Positions 36,901 to 49,700 of a stretch of DNA of 64,000 nucleotides are shown here, piece by piece; position 1 is the stretch's first letter; each line of letters opens with the position of its first letter. The translations under genes were made by a program, and so were the position numbers. The notes beneath the pieces were generated by a model that saw nothing but the letters and a program-made list of their open reading frames with translations, made no database searches and was not told the DNA's origin. Source of the DNA: Tubulanus polymorphus (Eukaryota; Animalia; Nemertea); assembly GCF_964204645.1 (NCBI RefSeq), contig NC_134035.1:9084451-9148450 (forward strand), given 5' to 3'.

Positions 36901-39900
36901 AAGAACTCACTCTTTATCGGGTTCATCTTCGGCGAATGTTTTCTGTCGCACGTAGTCGTCGTCGTCCAACTGATTGACTAATAGCTGACTACGAGCTCGA
37001 AAACTCTGTAAAACACGATCCAACGAAATCAAAGCCGGACTCGTGTGGATCTTACGCACTTCATTCTGAAAGAGAGACGCAGAGAGAATATAGCACATAA
37101 TGCTTACAAATCCTGAAGCTTTACCGATGTCACCAGCATCAACTCATCGCTCGATAACCTGGCTTCACTTAGACAGGTATCAATCTGCAACTCTAGGATC
37201 AATTTCACGAAAAGGTTTAACTCTTAAATCAATTTAATTCCTTCATTTGATTATATTTTTCGTCTTAAATCGATTTAGGAATTAATCCCATTTGAGATAC
37301 TGCTGAGCCCAGAACCACACTACTGTATTGTAAATGGATTTTTCCTATGAGACGAGAAGATACACAATGTCCGTGTATGAAGATAACAAGAGAAATCCCA
37401 CAATAACAAAGCCAAAATTGAAAAGTTCTATATCAGAATGATTATATTCAGGGGCGACGTTTCGGCTAACAACTATTAGCCATCATCAGACGAACTGATT
37501 TTCGGCGTTTTCCTGATCCACCTACAATAATATCCATCAATATAATAACCCTAATTGTTATAATTGTTCCATTTTCTGAATTTTCTAGCTTACTCACAAA
37601 CTCTCCTTGAATTTACTGAATCTATCGATTCTTATTTCGTTTCACCTTGTACCTTCATTTTCCTTGCCTTTTTTACTGGGTGCTTGCGATAGCGGCCTTA
37701 AGGCTTTGTTCGGCCCAAACGGAAAGCTACTTTTCTTTCTCTTTTTATAAATGTTGTTGAAAAATTGTAAATTCTATTGTTTGTTTTTAGTCTCCTTTAA
37801 TAACTATTCACTATTTCAATCATGCATTCACTATTTCAATCAAATATTATTAGAAATAGATTCTTGATAAAGTAACAACAAATGGTTGAAAGGGATGCAA
37901 AATCCAGCGTGCAGAATGATACCTGCATTAATATAAATGTATTACCAGTACCTGGTAAAGAAGTAATTTTCAAGGTTTTTGGTAGATTTAACTTACGCTG
38001 TTTTGTCGGTTGATTTTACTCGCCGGAACTGATTTCGCTCGTTGCTGTTGTTGAGCGTACGACGACTGATCTAATTCTATATCGGTACTGCTTCCTAGAC
38101 TGACGTGTCGCTCCTGGAAATAGCAGAAATAGTTTTGAAGACAATTCTCCACATATTTTATCCACAGCAAAACCTGTCTCAGGCGTAGCTAGATACATGA
38201 ATATACCTTGCTAGATACATGAATATACCTTAATGGTTTTATCCATTTCATCAATTCGTAATTGCTGTTCCACTAATAACTGCGATTGCTTATGAAGTTT
38301 TTCTTGCGTATCGGAAAGTTGAAACCGGTAATCCGATCTTTCATTTTCCTGCAACAGGTGATCATAGAAATCATGCCACAGAGAATCTATTGAAAAAAAA
38401 AAGAAAAAAAAATTTTTTTTCCTCGTGACTTACGAGCATTTGAAGATTGTTTTTGAGGTCGTTTATTTCTTTCGTCCGTTCGGCGAATATCTTCTCGTCG
38501 CTTTTCAAATCTTCTTGACACTGTAATTTAAAAGATCAAAAGTTTAAGTCTCGCCGAATTTTCCCTGATTTTTCCGCGCGATTAAACAAAATTCCCAGAG
38601 TGAATAGGAGAAATTTCTAGGTTTAAAACGTTACGATTCATTCAGTTTTCATTGAGATATGGACAGATAAACAAACACATGGCATTATCTCCTTGGGATA
38701 AATGCATTTTTTTAACATATGTTTTTACATGTCTTTTACTCCCGTTTTTCAAACGTTATTCCCTTTTTCTGTGAGTTTTCCAGGTTTTTGGTAAAATTGG
38801 TCGAATTCCCTGATTTTTTTCTAGATTTTTCCCGGTGTTTCCCAGGTTTTGCAAGTCTGTGGCCACCCTGTAAAATGATAGTTGATTTGCTGTACATTAT
38901 GCGTGATCGAACGATACCTTTTTCAGTTCATTATTGAGGTGAATAATGGTCTGATTTTCCCATTCATCTTTGTTGAGAGTATGCGGTACTTTACTCTTCA
39001 GTTCATCCATCAGATCCATCCAGTCTCTCAATCGTCCCGTTTGACTCTTCGATAACAATTCTCGGTTGAGTATATCGGTTAACTGTTTATAAGCCTCTTC
39101 AGCTACAACTCGATAATGTTCACATTCTGTTTGTAACCTACAATTAAATATTCATCGATTAACCCAGCCACTTCGTCATCATTCTTTCAATTCCTGATTG
39201 TTCAGCACTTCGCCAGGGATATTTCTAATTAGAAATTACACATTTTATCAGTACACTTTCAAAAACTGATCGTCCACACTACATTTGTGATCAGGAACTT
39301 CATGAGACATTTTCAATTGAAAATGGATGATAGACACCAGACATTTTATCAGCACAGTTCATACTAGGAGTAATCATTTGAATGATTACTCCAAGGTTCA
39401 TAAGTGATCATCCATACTCCATACTAATGTCAAATGTCTGGAGGGATGGTTCTATACTGGAGACTGATCATCAACTTTCTTTTTATTTGAACAGACATTA
39501 ACTTGTAAACTGTATCAAGATATGAACATAGATAAAACAACAAACCTAACAACTTGTTGTTCTAATGATTTTATTTGAGACGCATCTTGCTGTCGATCCA
39601 CATCAGAACCAGCTGTGTAAAGTGACGTTCTTTGTTTAGCTAATTCTTCTCTTAAAGCCTAGAATGAAAACATTTTCTTCAAATAAATAGTGCAGGCCTA
39701 TATAAATCCCATTATGGACAAAATAAGAGGCTGAATGCAAATGGACAACTAAAATACCGTACCTTAATTTCACTTTGCATTTCTTCCAGTCTCAAAGTCT
39801 GAGGATCACGATTCACAATCGGTTTATTACGGATGTTTCTAGCCTGAAAAATGACGGATGATATTCTGAATTAATACGACACACACACGCACACGCACAC

Positions 39901-42900
39901 GCACACGCACATAGAAGGGGAAGAGAATATCGAGATAATCGAGATACTTACTCGATTAGCGTATTTCAACGAATTCAACGATTCATCAAAACTCGTAGAC
40001 GCAGGAGAAATACAGCATACCATTAACGTTTTAGCATTACCACCCAGCGAATCCTACAAATATATCGAAAAATTCAATGTTTTGAAACTCTGAATATTTC
40101 TAAGGTTTCAGATCATCTATACGTTGATGTATTCAATCCACGGCTAACACTCATCGCCTCAAAGGCTAAAAATATTTCTAACTTTTTATGAGCTTTTTGT
40201 TACAAAATGATACATTTTATTATCATTTCATATCTTTAGATAACATAGATAAGATGAATTCTTTATCTACGTGACATGTGTCTTAACAATATTGATTTGT
40301 AATTATTTTGAATTTCCACACCAGCCTCGTTTGGCCTAGAAGTTTACAGTTTAATACCTTCAGAATCCTGGTTATTTTAGCATCTCTGTATGGAATGTGA
40401 GTCACTTTCTTCTTAGGGTCGCCTAAAGCACTGATAACGTTACCCAAAGACAATAAACCGCTGTTTATATGAATCGATTCTGGAATATTCAAAAGAAAGC
40501 GTTAAAAATACTGCCATGGAATAAAATTGGGACTGGCGAAAATTTATGGCTTACCTTTGAATCTATCACCGACGTTACCAGTTCGGTGAGCTCTTTCTGA
40601 ACCGGCCAAATCGACGAAATGGAACTTGCTGCACTTGTAGAATCCAGACACTGAAATATAATTGCATGTTTCAGAGGAATCCCTGGTTTAGACAGGATGG
40701 GCACTTTCCGCTAATTAAACCGAAAATTCCCTGAGTAAATTTGAGGAATTTCTGGGTTTTAAATGTCATAATTCATTCATTTTTCATTGAATCATGTACT
40801 GATAAAGAAACATGTGGCCAATAGTATCATCAAAATTCCCTGATTTTTTTTTGATTCCTTGAGTTTTCAGGTCGGCGCCCACCCTGTTAGAGATGAGATG
40901 AAATTGATACCACAACTTACAATCGATATCGTTGAGTTCTTCATCATCGGTTTCACTCGGTTTTCTGCCTGTGTTTTGTTCATCGGTCCATCTTTGTTCT
41001 TAAGACAAAATACGCATAGCAAACGATCAATAATCACCAATAACTGGTGCAGCGCTAAAGATGTCATGGATAATCAATCCAAACTCGAATGTAGTACGGT
41101 AAACCTTGTCTAGCCTAAAGTCGGACATGGCCTACTCCGACTTGTCACTAACTTGGACAAAATCGAAATTACTTTCAGATTAAAAGCTGAATTTTTTTGA
41201 TTATAAAACTTGGACCTCACTTCGCTGACAAACTTCGCCGCACAAAGTTCTCCGGTTAAGGCTAGAGGTTTACTGTATAACAACGATGTGAAATTTCGAA
41301 GAATATTCAATGTTGTTGGAATTTTCTTTTGTAATAGAGAACAAGAATTGATTTCCGGTAGTGGTTTAGATAGACGATTACCGATAAGCATAGTGAATAT
41401 AGAATGAGACCGACTGGAGTGCTCATTCATCTGAGTCGAACCGGTATGACGCAATGATGACCCGGTTACCAGACACGACATCACTTCTTCGCTGGTCTGA
41501 CATTCAACTTCTTTTATACCAGCAATTACTGAAACAATACCGGTACATCATGAATCATGTATAAATAAAGAAACGTGTGGTCAATACAGGCTGGACACTT
41601 TCCACTGATTTACAGATTTACCTGATTTTTCCATGTGATTAGACAAAATTTCTGGACTGAGTGAGATATATTTCTAGGTCTAAAATGTTATAATTCATTC
41701 ATTTTTCATTGAATAATGTATTCAAAAACACATGGTCAATAACATTATCTGGATTCCCTGAGTTTTCTAAGTTTTTTTGGTAAAATTTGGCAAATTCTCC
41801 TGATTTTTTTCTAGACTTTTCTGGTTCCCTGAGTTTTTCAGGTCAGTGGTCACCCTGTTTCTGAATTCCAAATTTTCCAGTTCAGTGGTCACCCCGATAA
41901 GGAACCATAAAACTTTCATTTCAACACTGTACTCACTTGTATTACCCTTGTCATCTTCTCTGATATGAATATCTTTCGGCGATTCTTCCGATTCTAACAA
42001 ATCCTGCAATTCTTCTTTATAAATCTCGAGATACGACACTTTTACGGTGAACTCAATTTCAGAACTTTTCTCCTGAAAACGAAGAAGACAAGTCACTCAC
42101 TAGAAAACCTGAGAAAAAATGTAAAAATTTTCACTACAAGATTGTCTACTAAATATATTTATATAGAGTTTTGGGTATTTTGTTTAAAAACTAAAGGAGC
42201 CAAGGAGTTGTAGGGACCCAATATTATATCCCTTAAACAACCACCCTCTATGTCTATGTTTCTCGAGCTTAACCCTTTCAGTGCGGTGTTTGAATCAGTG
42301 ATAGATTTTGCTAGTACACCGCAATGCGGTGTATTGATGTAATTAGTAATTATCTCTCTTGAAAGATGGCAGCACCTCTCAAACATAGTGAAATACTAGT
42401 AACTAACAATACACTGCGCTGCGGTGTAGACGCACTATAGTGGTATTCCCGTTATTCAACAGACTAGGGTGGAATTTTTAAAGATTTTCAAATTATCTCC
42501 AGCACTATAGGGTATTAATTAGTCAGCACTGAAAGGGTTAACCAACAACCACATACTGTCTCTGGATAGACACTGTCTCTCCAGATAGACACTGTCTCCT
42601 GATAGACACTGCCTCCTGATAGACACTGTCTCCAGATAGACACTGTCTCCTGCTAGACACTGTCTCCAGATAGACACTATCTCCTGATAGACACTGCCTC
42701 CTGATAGACACTTCCTCCTGATAGACACTGCCTCCTGATAAACACTGTCTCCAGATAGACACTGTCTCCAGATAGACACTGTCTCCTGAAAGACACTGCC
42801 TCCTGATAGACACTGTCTCCAGATAGACACTGTCTCCTGATAGACACTGCCTTCTGATAGACACTGTCTCCTGATAGACACTGTCTCCAGATAGACACTG

Positions 42901-44350
42901 TCTCCAGATAGACACTGTCTCCTGATAGACACTGCCTCCTGATAGACACTGTCTCCAGATAGACACTGTCTCCTGATAGACACTGCCTTCTGATAGACAC
43001 TGTCTCCAGATAGACACTGTCTCCAGATAGACACTGTCTCCTGATAGACACTGCCTCCTGATAGACACTGTCTCCTGATAGACACTGCCTTCTGATAGAC
43101 ACTGTCTCCTGATAGACACTGTCTCCAGATAGACACTGTCTCCAGATAGACACTGTCTCCTGATAGACACTGCCTCCTGATAGACACTGTCTCCAGATAG
43201 ACACTGTCTCCTGATAGACACTGCCTCTCCGCATAGACACTGTCTCCGGATAGACATTGTCTCCGGATAGACACTGCCTCCTGATAGACACCGCCTCCTG
43301 ATAGACACTGCCTCCTGATAGACACCGCCTCCTGATAGACACTGCCTCCTGATAGACACTGCCTCCTGATAGACATACCTGCATCTGAACGAACATTTCG
43401 CGTATAGCTCTTGGGATGATACCGTATTCTTCTTCCATCAGTGAACTGATGTGTCCACCACCGATAGTGTAAGTCTTTCCAGAACCCTGTAAATAAATAA
43501 ACAAGTAGTCTCAGGCATGACAATCAGTTCCGCAGTTCTGAGAACTGGGTCAACTAACAGTTCACTTTCAATGTCTCTGAATTCAATGCAAAACTCAACA
43601 TTACGAATAATCATCAATTTGTTAAAAACATTAAAGATGATGGATTTCGACAATTCTGAGAAATAGAGCTTATTCTTGAATTAAGATATGCTCACTTACA
43701 ATGTTTTTATTGTAAAATCGCAATTGACATTTGATTTTTTATTATCTATTTTTAGATTTTCAAAAATGGTTACTGACCGTCTGTCCATAAGCGAAAACCG
43801 TTGCGTTATAACCTTCAAAACAACTACTGATTAAATTATTCATCAGTCTATCGTACATCTCCTCCTAAAATACAATCACACAAAAATTAACAACAGGTAA
43901 AATATTTCGATAGTACCTAGGCAATTAAAGAGGGCGCTGAGTCTATCGAACACAAACCTGCGAACATTTTGAATTGAGGACGTAGTCGAACGTAAAAGCT
44001 CTGTCTTTCCCGAGTATGAGCTGATTGTGAGCGGGTACAATACGAACGCAAGGCTGATCCCCGGCGAGTTTCTCTCTCTGCAGCAACGGGCGAACCTGAA
44101 CATATAAACATCAAAATTCAGAATTCTGTCATAAGACACAGTAATAATAATGTTTACAATGAGGACAATTGTTCAATTTAAAAATAATTAGCTTCAAATT
44201 TATCATGAAACTGGATCCAGCCATATAAATAAGTAGGAAGTTATAACTTCAAACCAGGGTTTGACTTTATTGGTATCGTAAAACTCTGCCTCTGCAAGCC
44301 ACTTTTTAAAATCTTACCCGGACTGCAACTTTAACGTTATCTTCTGCCAT
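30960..44350 (-). CDS. KIF27: Kinesin-4 family KIF27/KIF7 (Costal-2-like) motor protein, many exons
   Basis: Start [11 protein letters not shown] at 44350. Motor motifs: [23 protein letters not shown]|[70 protein letters not shown] long coiled coil includes [27 protein letters not shown]. The C-terminus [11 protein letters not shown]...[13 protein letters not shown] ends at 30960. Invertebrates generally have a single KIF7/27 gene, so the symbol is approximate. Confidence 0.88.
35232..35507. mobile_element. ~115-bp inverted repeat of Penelope-like terminal fragments, each with a minimal hammerhead ribozyme motif
   Basis: Arms 35232-35347 and 35392-35507 are reverse complements. Each reads CAC-CTGATGA-A-GCTTC..GAAGC-GAAA-GC-TC-GTG (35422-35462 on +, 35317-35277 on -). 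Confidence 0.65.
37454..37492 (-). ncRNA. Second minimal hammerhead-like motif (Penelope pLTR type)
   Basis: The minus strand reads CTGATGA-T-GGCTAA-tagttg-TTAGCC-GAAA-CG-TC. Stem I is weak. Confidence 0.5.
42273..42537. mobile_element. piggyBac-like MITE
   Basis: TIR CCCTTTCAGTGC...GCACTGAAAGGG flanked by TTAA on both sides. Related degenerate copies lie near 10790-11030, 48795-49080 and 51965-52221. Confidence 0.75.
42555..43377. repeat. 17-bp tandem satellite (gatagacactg(t/c)ctcc(t/a)), about 48 copies, in a kinesin intron
   Basis: Directly visible. The 17-aa periodicity of the three overlapping minus-strand ORFs equals 3 x 17 nt. Confidence 0.97.
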
Positions 44351-45094
44351 TGTCTACAATAATTCCATAAGATTGATTATAGATTCTCTAGAAAAATATT
44401 GGGAAAATTCATTCATCATTTCTAATCCGAAATATGGTAATTAAATAATATTGATTGATTTGAATTGACAAAGCCTTAGGCATTTTTCACACTCAAAAGC
44501 TTTTAAAATAGATTTTTGAAAAATACAAATTGTATATTTTGCAAATAGAGGTGTACACTTTTAGTTGAATTATACCAATCTCCAAAAATAACGATAAACA
44601 ATTGAGTAGTGATTCCAAAAACGACAAAAACTCACGTTTGAAGATATTTTTGACAGAAACCAACGACGCTTTATTTACTGAGTCGGACACATGGATCGGA
44701 ATTTACCTATCCTTTTACTTATCAGACGGATTTATCAGAAACGGTTTCTATTTGTTTGGAAAACGATTTATTCATATTGATTAATCTATATAATAGGCCT
44801 ACTTGTAGTAAACATTTCCATGCGTTGTATTGTAGGCCTATTACTTCTTTATCTCCTTAAGTTTTCTTCTATTGTGCATTCTTTTTAATTTGCTTGTTTG
44901 TTGTTATTGTTCTTGTTTTTTCTTCATTCAAAAATCTTATTCTTTGGATTCATGATGAATGAATTGAAATTGCGGCGTCGAAATATTTACTTGGTCGTTT
45001 TTATTCTAGGAGAAACATCAGTGCAAGGCGGTCTGGCCGTTTCTCTTCTAGGAAAAAGTTCGTAGAAATTTTACTCGCCGCTACCAAATAAATC

Positions 45095-45170
45095 AGTCGC
45101 GCCATCTATCGGCGGTCAGCTTGCGGGCTATCTGATTGGCTAGAGCGGGAATTTTAAAGAAATGGCTGCC
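45095..45170 (+). promoter_or_regulatory. Putative G2/M-type promoter of FOXM1-like, divergent to the kinesin gene
   Basis: Inverted CCAAT (ATTGG, ~45135), then CDE-like AGCGG (45144-48), a 4-nt spacer and CHR variant TTTAAA (45153-58), then YY1-like AAATGGC. Confidence 0.55.
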
Positions 45171-45586
45171 ACCACCCCGTGACTGTGTCAAAAATGTGAG
45201 GCACAATATTTGACGGTTTCACGCTTTCATTTCAGGTTATTTACGCGAGGTAAATGAAGAATTATTTGTAATTTAATATCCATTTATTCCTGTGCGTGTG
45301 TGCGGTGTTTAATACCCTATATGTTAATAGAAATATGAGATAAAACATTAACTTTTTGGAAACCGGAAGAGAGAGTCGTCTTCAAAACCCGGCCAGGTTC
45401 AACCGTTGGCGTTTCAATATTTTGGAGCATTTCGTCTCGGCCCCCACTAAAGTGGGAATGGGCCTACATTTTAGCCAGGGTTATGGTCAGTGGGTTTTCA
45501 CAGAAAAAAATAGGTTGTGCAAGTTATTAAAAGCGAAGACTTAAGAGGCTTTCGCTAATGCTTGTTTTCTCTTCGTTATTTGGCAG

Positions 45587-46402
45587 CTGCACTGCTGCAG
45601 GCACAGGGGTTTGGCGATGGGCTTGGATTTTATTTCCGGGTTGTTGATAATCTCGCGAGAATGGCGCTAAATATGAATTGCGAATAAATTCAAAATATCA
45701 CGGAAATACCTTGTGTTTATATTGTTTATTTATCCGCTATAAAGTTTCGATAAACAATTGGTCGTTAAGAATCATTATCAGACGGTCGTCACGCTACTAT
45801 ATAAAAGAACAAGGGATGAAACGCCTTCAGAGTTGTGCCAGCCAGAAAGTTGGGACAGTCACGTGACTTCACGCTTCTTATTTGACTGAACGCGAACCTG
45901 AAGCATATAAGATGGAAACTATGATACGAAAAATATTTGAGAATAACTTACATTCAAATGCATTTTTTTACTATGAATTATATATTTCGTCATAATTTAT
46001 TCCTTATAAGTTATTTATTTCATATGAATCATAATCTGACAATTGATATCGGTCTGTGAATATGTTAACTTTTCGTGTTGAAGTTTTAAATGCGATGACG
46101 TCATCAGAATGTCACGTGACTGTCCCAACTTTCTGGCTGAAAATTTAAGTACAGCGGAGGCCTGGCGTTTCATCCCTTGTGATTTTATATAGTAAAGCGT
46201 GACGACCGTCTGATAATGATTCTTAACGACCAATTGTTTATCAGAACTTTATAGCGGATAAATAAACAATATAAACACAAGGTATTTCCGTGATATTTTG
46301 AATTTATTCGCAGTTCATATTTAGCGCCATTCTCGCGAGATTATCAACAACCCGGAAATAAAATCCAAGCCCATCGCCAAACCCCTGTGGCTGCAGGTGC
46401 AG
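45587..46402. mobile_element. Foldback/MITE-like element with ~280-bp terminal inverted repeats
   Basis: 45587-45867 is a near-perfect reverse complement of 46111-46402 (CAGGGGTTTGGCGATGG...CCATCGCCAAACCCCTG). The ~240-bp AT-rich spacer has no transposase. Confidence 0.8.
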
Positions 46403-46741
46403 GCAGCGTGTAGGCCTATAACAACAAGAATTAATAGTTAAATTTTAGGCTAAAATCAGGGTTTTCAGCTGATTTTAGGGGGAATAATCATTTTGATAAA
46501 TTTGGTTAGGCTATCTTGACAGCACTTAAATTAGACGGATTGCCTGTTTGTTTGTTAATCGTTAAAATATATGATAACATTGCCAGAGGTAGTCCTCCAG
46601 TCTGGGAATTTATCGTCTTTCTTGTTTTATTTTTTCATAATCTAGGCTGACCTGCTCATACGGAAAGCAGAGACGAGGGCTAGCGAAAAATTGAAAGTGC
46701 AGGAAGATCTATCACAGGTTCAACTGACAAAGTGAAATAAG

Positions 46742-49700
46742 ATGAATATGGATTGGAACGGAGGTGGTAGACCACCGATGAGCGACGCACCTAATTACCA
46801 GCATCATCCGCCATTTCATCCGATCGGTCTCAACACGTCTTTAGAAAAATTCTTACACCAGCAAAACACATCCGCGTCGTCTTTACTGAAATCGGGACCA
46901 CCAGGTGGCGCTGCGGATTTGTGGGATTGTCCTACGATCAAGAGTAACTCGTATTACTGCTGGAATCTGAACGACGATTCCGGATTCGTCGACAATTCGA
47001 TGACTTTTAACGATTCGCGGCAAAACTTCGCCGACCGCGGCTCGAAGGAGCGCAACGACGTTAAAACCGACGACGACCGCGTGAACGTTTTACTGGAAAG
47101 CGCGCAGATCGCGTTCGACGCAGCCGTCCGCAAAGCTCGATTCGAACCCATACATTCGCCGTCGTGGGCGAAACAGAATCTACCCGGCGCCGGGAAACAT
47201 ACGTGGACAATTTTCAAACCGGATGAAATCCGCGAGAAATTCCGCATCGCGACGCCAGCAGACGCGTCGCGACCCGTCGATTTATCGATGAAAGGCACCG
47301 GAAGCTCGTCGACGAGTCCGAAAGCTAGGCCGACGATTCTGAATAAGTCGACATCATCGACGTCTCCGCGAACTGTCAATATCGAATTGGTCGCCGCTAA
47401 CGGTTTCGACGTGTCGGAATTACCGTTAACGCGGATTAAGCCGTCGAAGAGTGTCGTCGCCACGGATACGAGTAGTAAACATAAAGAGAAACGCAAAAAG
47501 AAAGGTAAAAAATAAGACTAAATTCAGTGTTCTCTTCTTGAGGTTTTCACATAGGCTTTCATAACCTTGATGTCTCCGGATGAAAATAATTTCTGGTTCC
47601 CTGGTTCTGCTAATTCATATTTCAAACTGTCTGTTTTCAGTTGCTGCTGATCAAATTGACGGCAAGAGTTTAGAATTGAACAAATCGTTGAGCAATATGG
47701 AATGGTTGGAGAAACTGGAGAATCAGTCATTGAAAAATTCAGCGGAGAAAGGAACGCTACTTACTGAACAGCAGCTGAAAAAGGTCAGTGTATCTCATGT
47801 ACTATTGATAATCCAGTCCAGGGATAATCGGGCCCGTGCCAAGCTTCCTTGAGGGGCACAGTTCTATTTCAAGTAAAAGGGCACTTTTTTATCGGAAAAA
47901 GGGGCACTTCCTATTGAAGAAGGGCCTTAATTGATATGAAGTAGTCCTTGAAAACTCCTTATATCCAGGAAGGACTGATCTGTACGGACCCTGACTGGTC
48001 CCTGGTTAGATTGTTAAAAACTATATATCTAAATTGTTAGAATTTTGACGTTTATTGAAGCCTGTTATGTTTGTAGTACATAATTTGTAGTTAATTTGAT
48101 TGACAGGTTCAGAACGAGTGCGGCTCAATTAAACGACCTCCGTTTTCGTATATGCATCTCGTCATGTTAGCTATAAACAGCACGACCGACAAACGTATGA
48201 CGTTACAAGAGATTTATCGCTGGATCGAAACGACGTTTCCGTATTTCAAGTACCACGCTAAAGCTGGCTGGAAGGTATGTATTAAACGCGCTCAGTTGTA
48301 CATTTCACCTGAGTCGCTCCAAAAGTGTGTCATAGATCTTCGTCTAAAGCGATTGTAAGTTACCTGGAATTAGGGCAAGGGAAAATAGGCAATGGTCGTA
48401 GATCAGATTGTGTAATCAAATCAAAGTTTTGGTTACTTCATGTTTTCAAAGAGGACAACTGTTTTAAGCTTAAACCTAAACTTTTTTCATGAAACGTGCC
48501 CAATTGTTTCCACATCAATATGTTTTCCATAGAACTCTCAATAACTCTACATTCAATTAGAACCTTTTCTATTTTTCGTTCATATTCTCTCTAATTCACT
48601 TCTCTTTTTCTACAGAATTCCATTCGTCATAATTTATCTCTGTACAACATATTCGTGCGGGAACCGGCGATAAACGCCGATGACAACAATACAAAAAGCA
48701 AACTTTCCTATTGGACTATTAAAACCGACAAGGTCGGCTATCGGAAAAAAAATCGAAAGCCGTCTGACAGTAAGTATCACTGAGATGTCTTTAAAACCCC
48801 TTCAGTGTGGACTAATTTATTAACACCCAATGTTAATGCTGGAGATGATTTGGAAATCTAGAAATTCCACCTAGTGTGTTGAATAACAGCTTTAGTGCGT
48901 CTACACCACAGTGTGGTGTATTGTTTGTTACAAATACTTCACTATGAGAGGTGCTGCCATCTTTCAATATAGATGAAAACTAATTATCGATAACATCAAT
49001 ACACCGTGATGCGGTGTACTAGCAAAGACCATCAACGAATTATACACCGCACTATGTATGGTGTGAATGCCCTGAACAGTTCAATACTCAATAGAGATCT
49101 GTAGTTTTGGGTTGTTAGTAATGATGCAACATGTTTTGCATTACAGCCAGTAAAAAGAGGGCTCCACGACCGATAATGCCTAATCTACCACATATCCACG
49201 TAATGCCAGTGACTGGTCAGTCTTCAACGTCCAAACCATACATGATGTTGAAAGCTACTATTCCAGGTACGATATAAGGCTACATTTTCTCGCTGATGTT
49301 AATGTCTAATGCAGGTACCCTCGAACCGCCCCAACACCCCCCCCCCCCACATTTACTAATGCAGGTACCCTCGATCCGCAGGTACCCCCCCCCTTGCATT
49401 TACTACGAGTGCTGATAAATAGTCTAGCGTTCGGCGTTTTTAGTACATTTCCGATTGATAATATCTCAGGTGAAGTATAGAGCATAGTGTAGCCTCATCA
49501 TGCTTGTCATTTAGCTTCCAATTTTTTATTGTTCAACCCCTATGCAATCAAAAATTAAAAGGCTTATATTTTTTGCGCTTAAAGCGCAATGAGAGTGTAT
49601 CAAATGTCTTTGAGGTGCTGGCATTTATCTCACTCCTCACAGACCATTGATTTTCTGTATAACAGTGTTTCGTGTCGGTATTCATGCAGGTCATACACCT

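Noticed and set aside
42519-43523. Three 273-334 aa minus-strand ORFs with RRQCLSG repeats
   Set aside because: They are translations of a 17-bp satellite that lacks stops on this strand. Only ~43486-43379 is a real kinesin exon.
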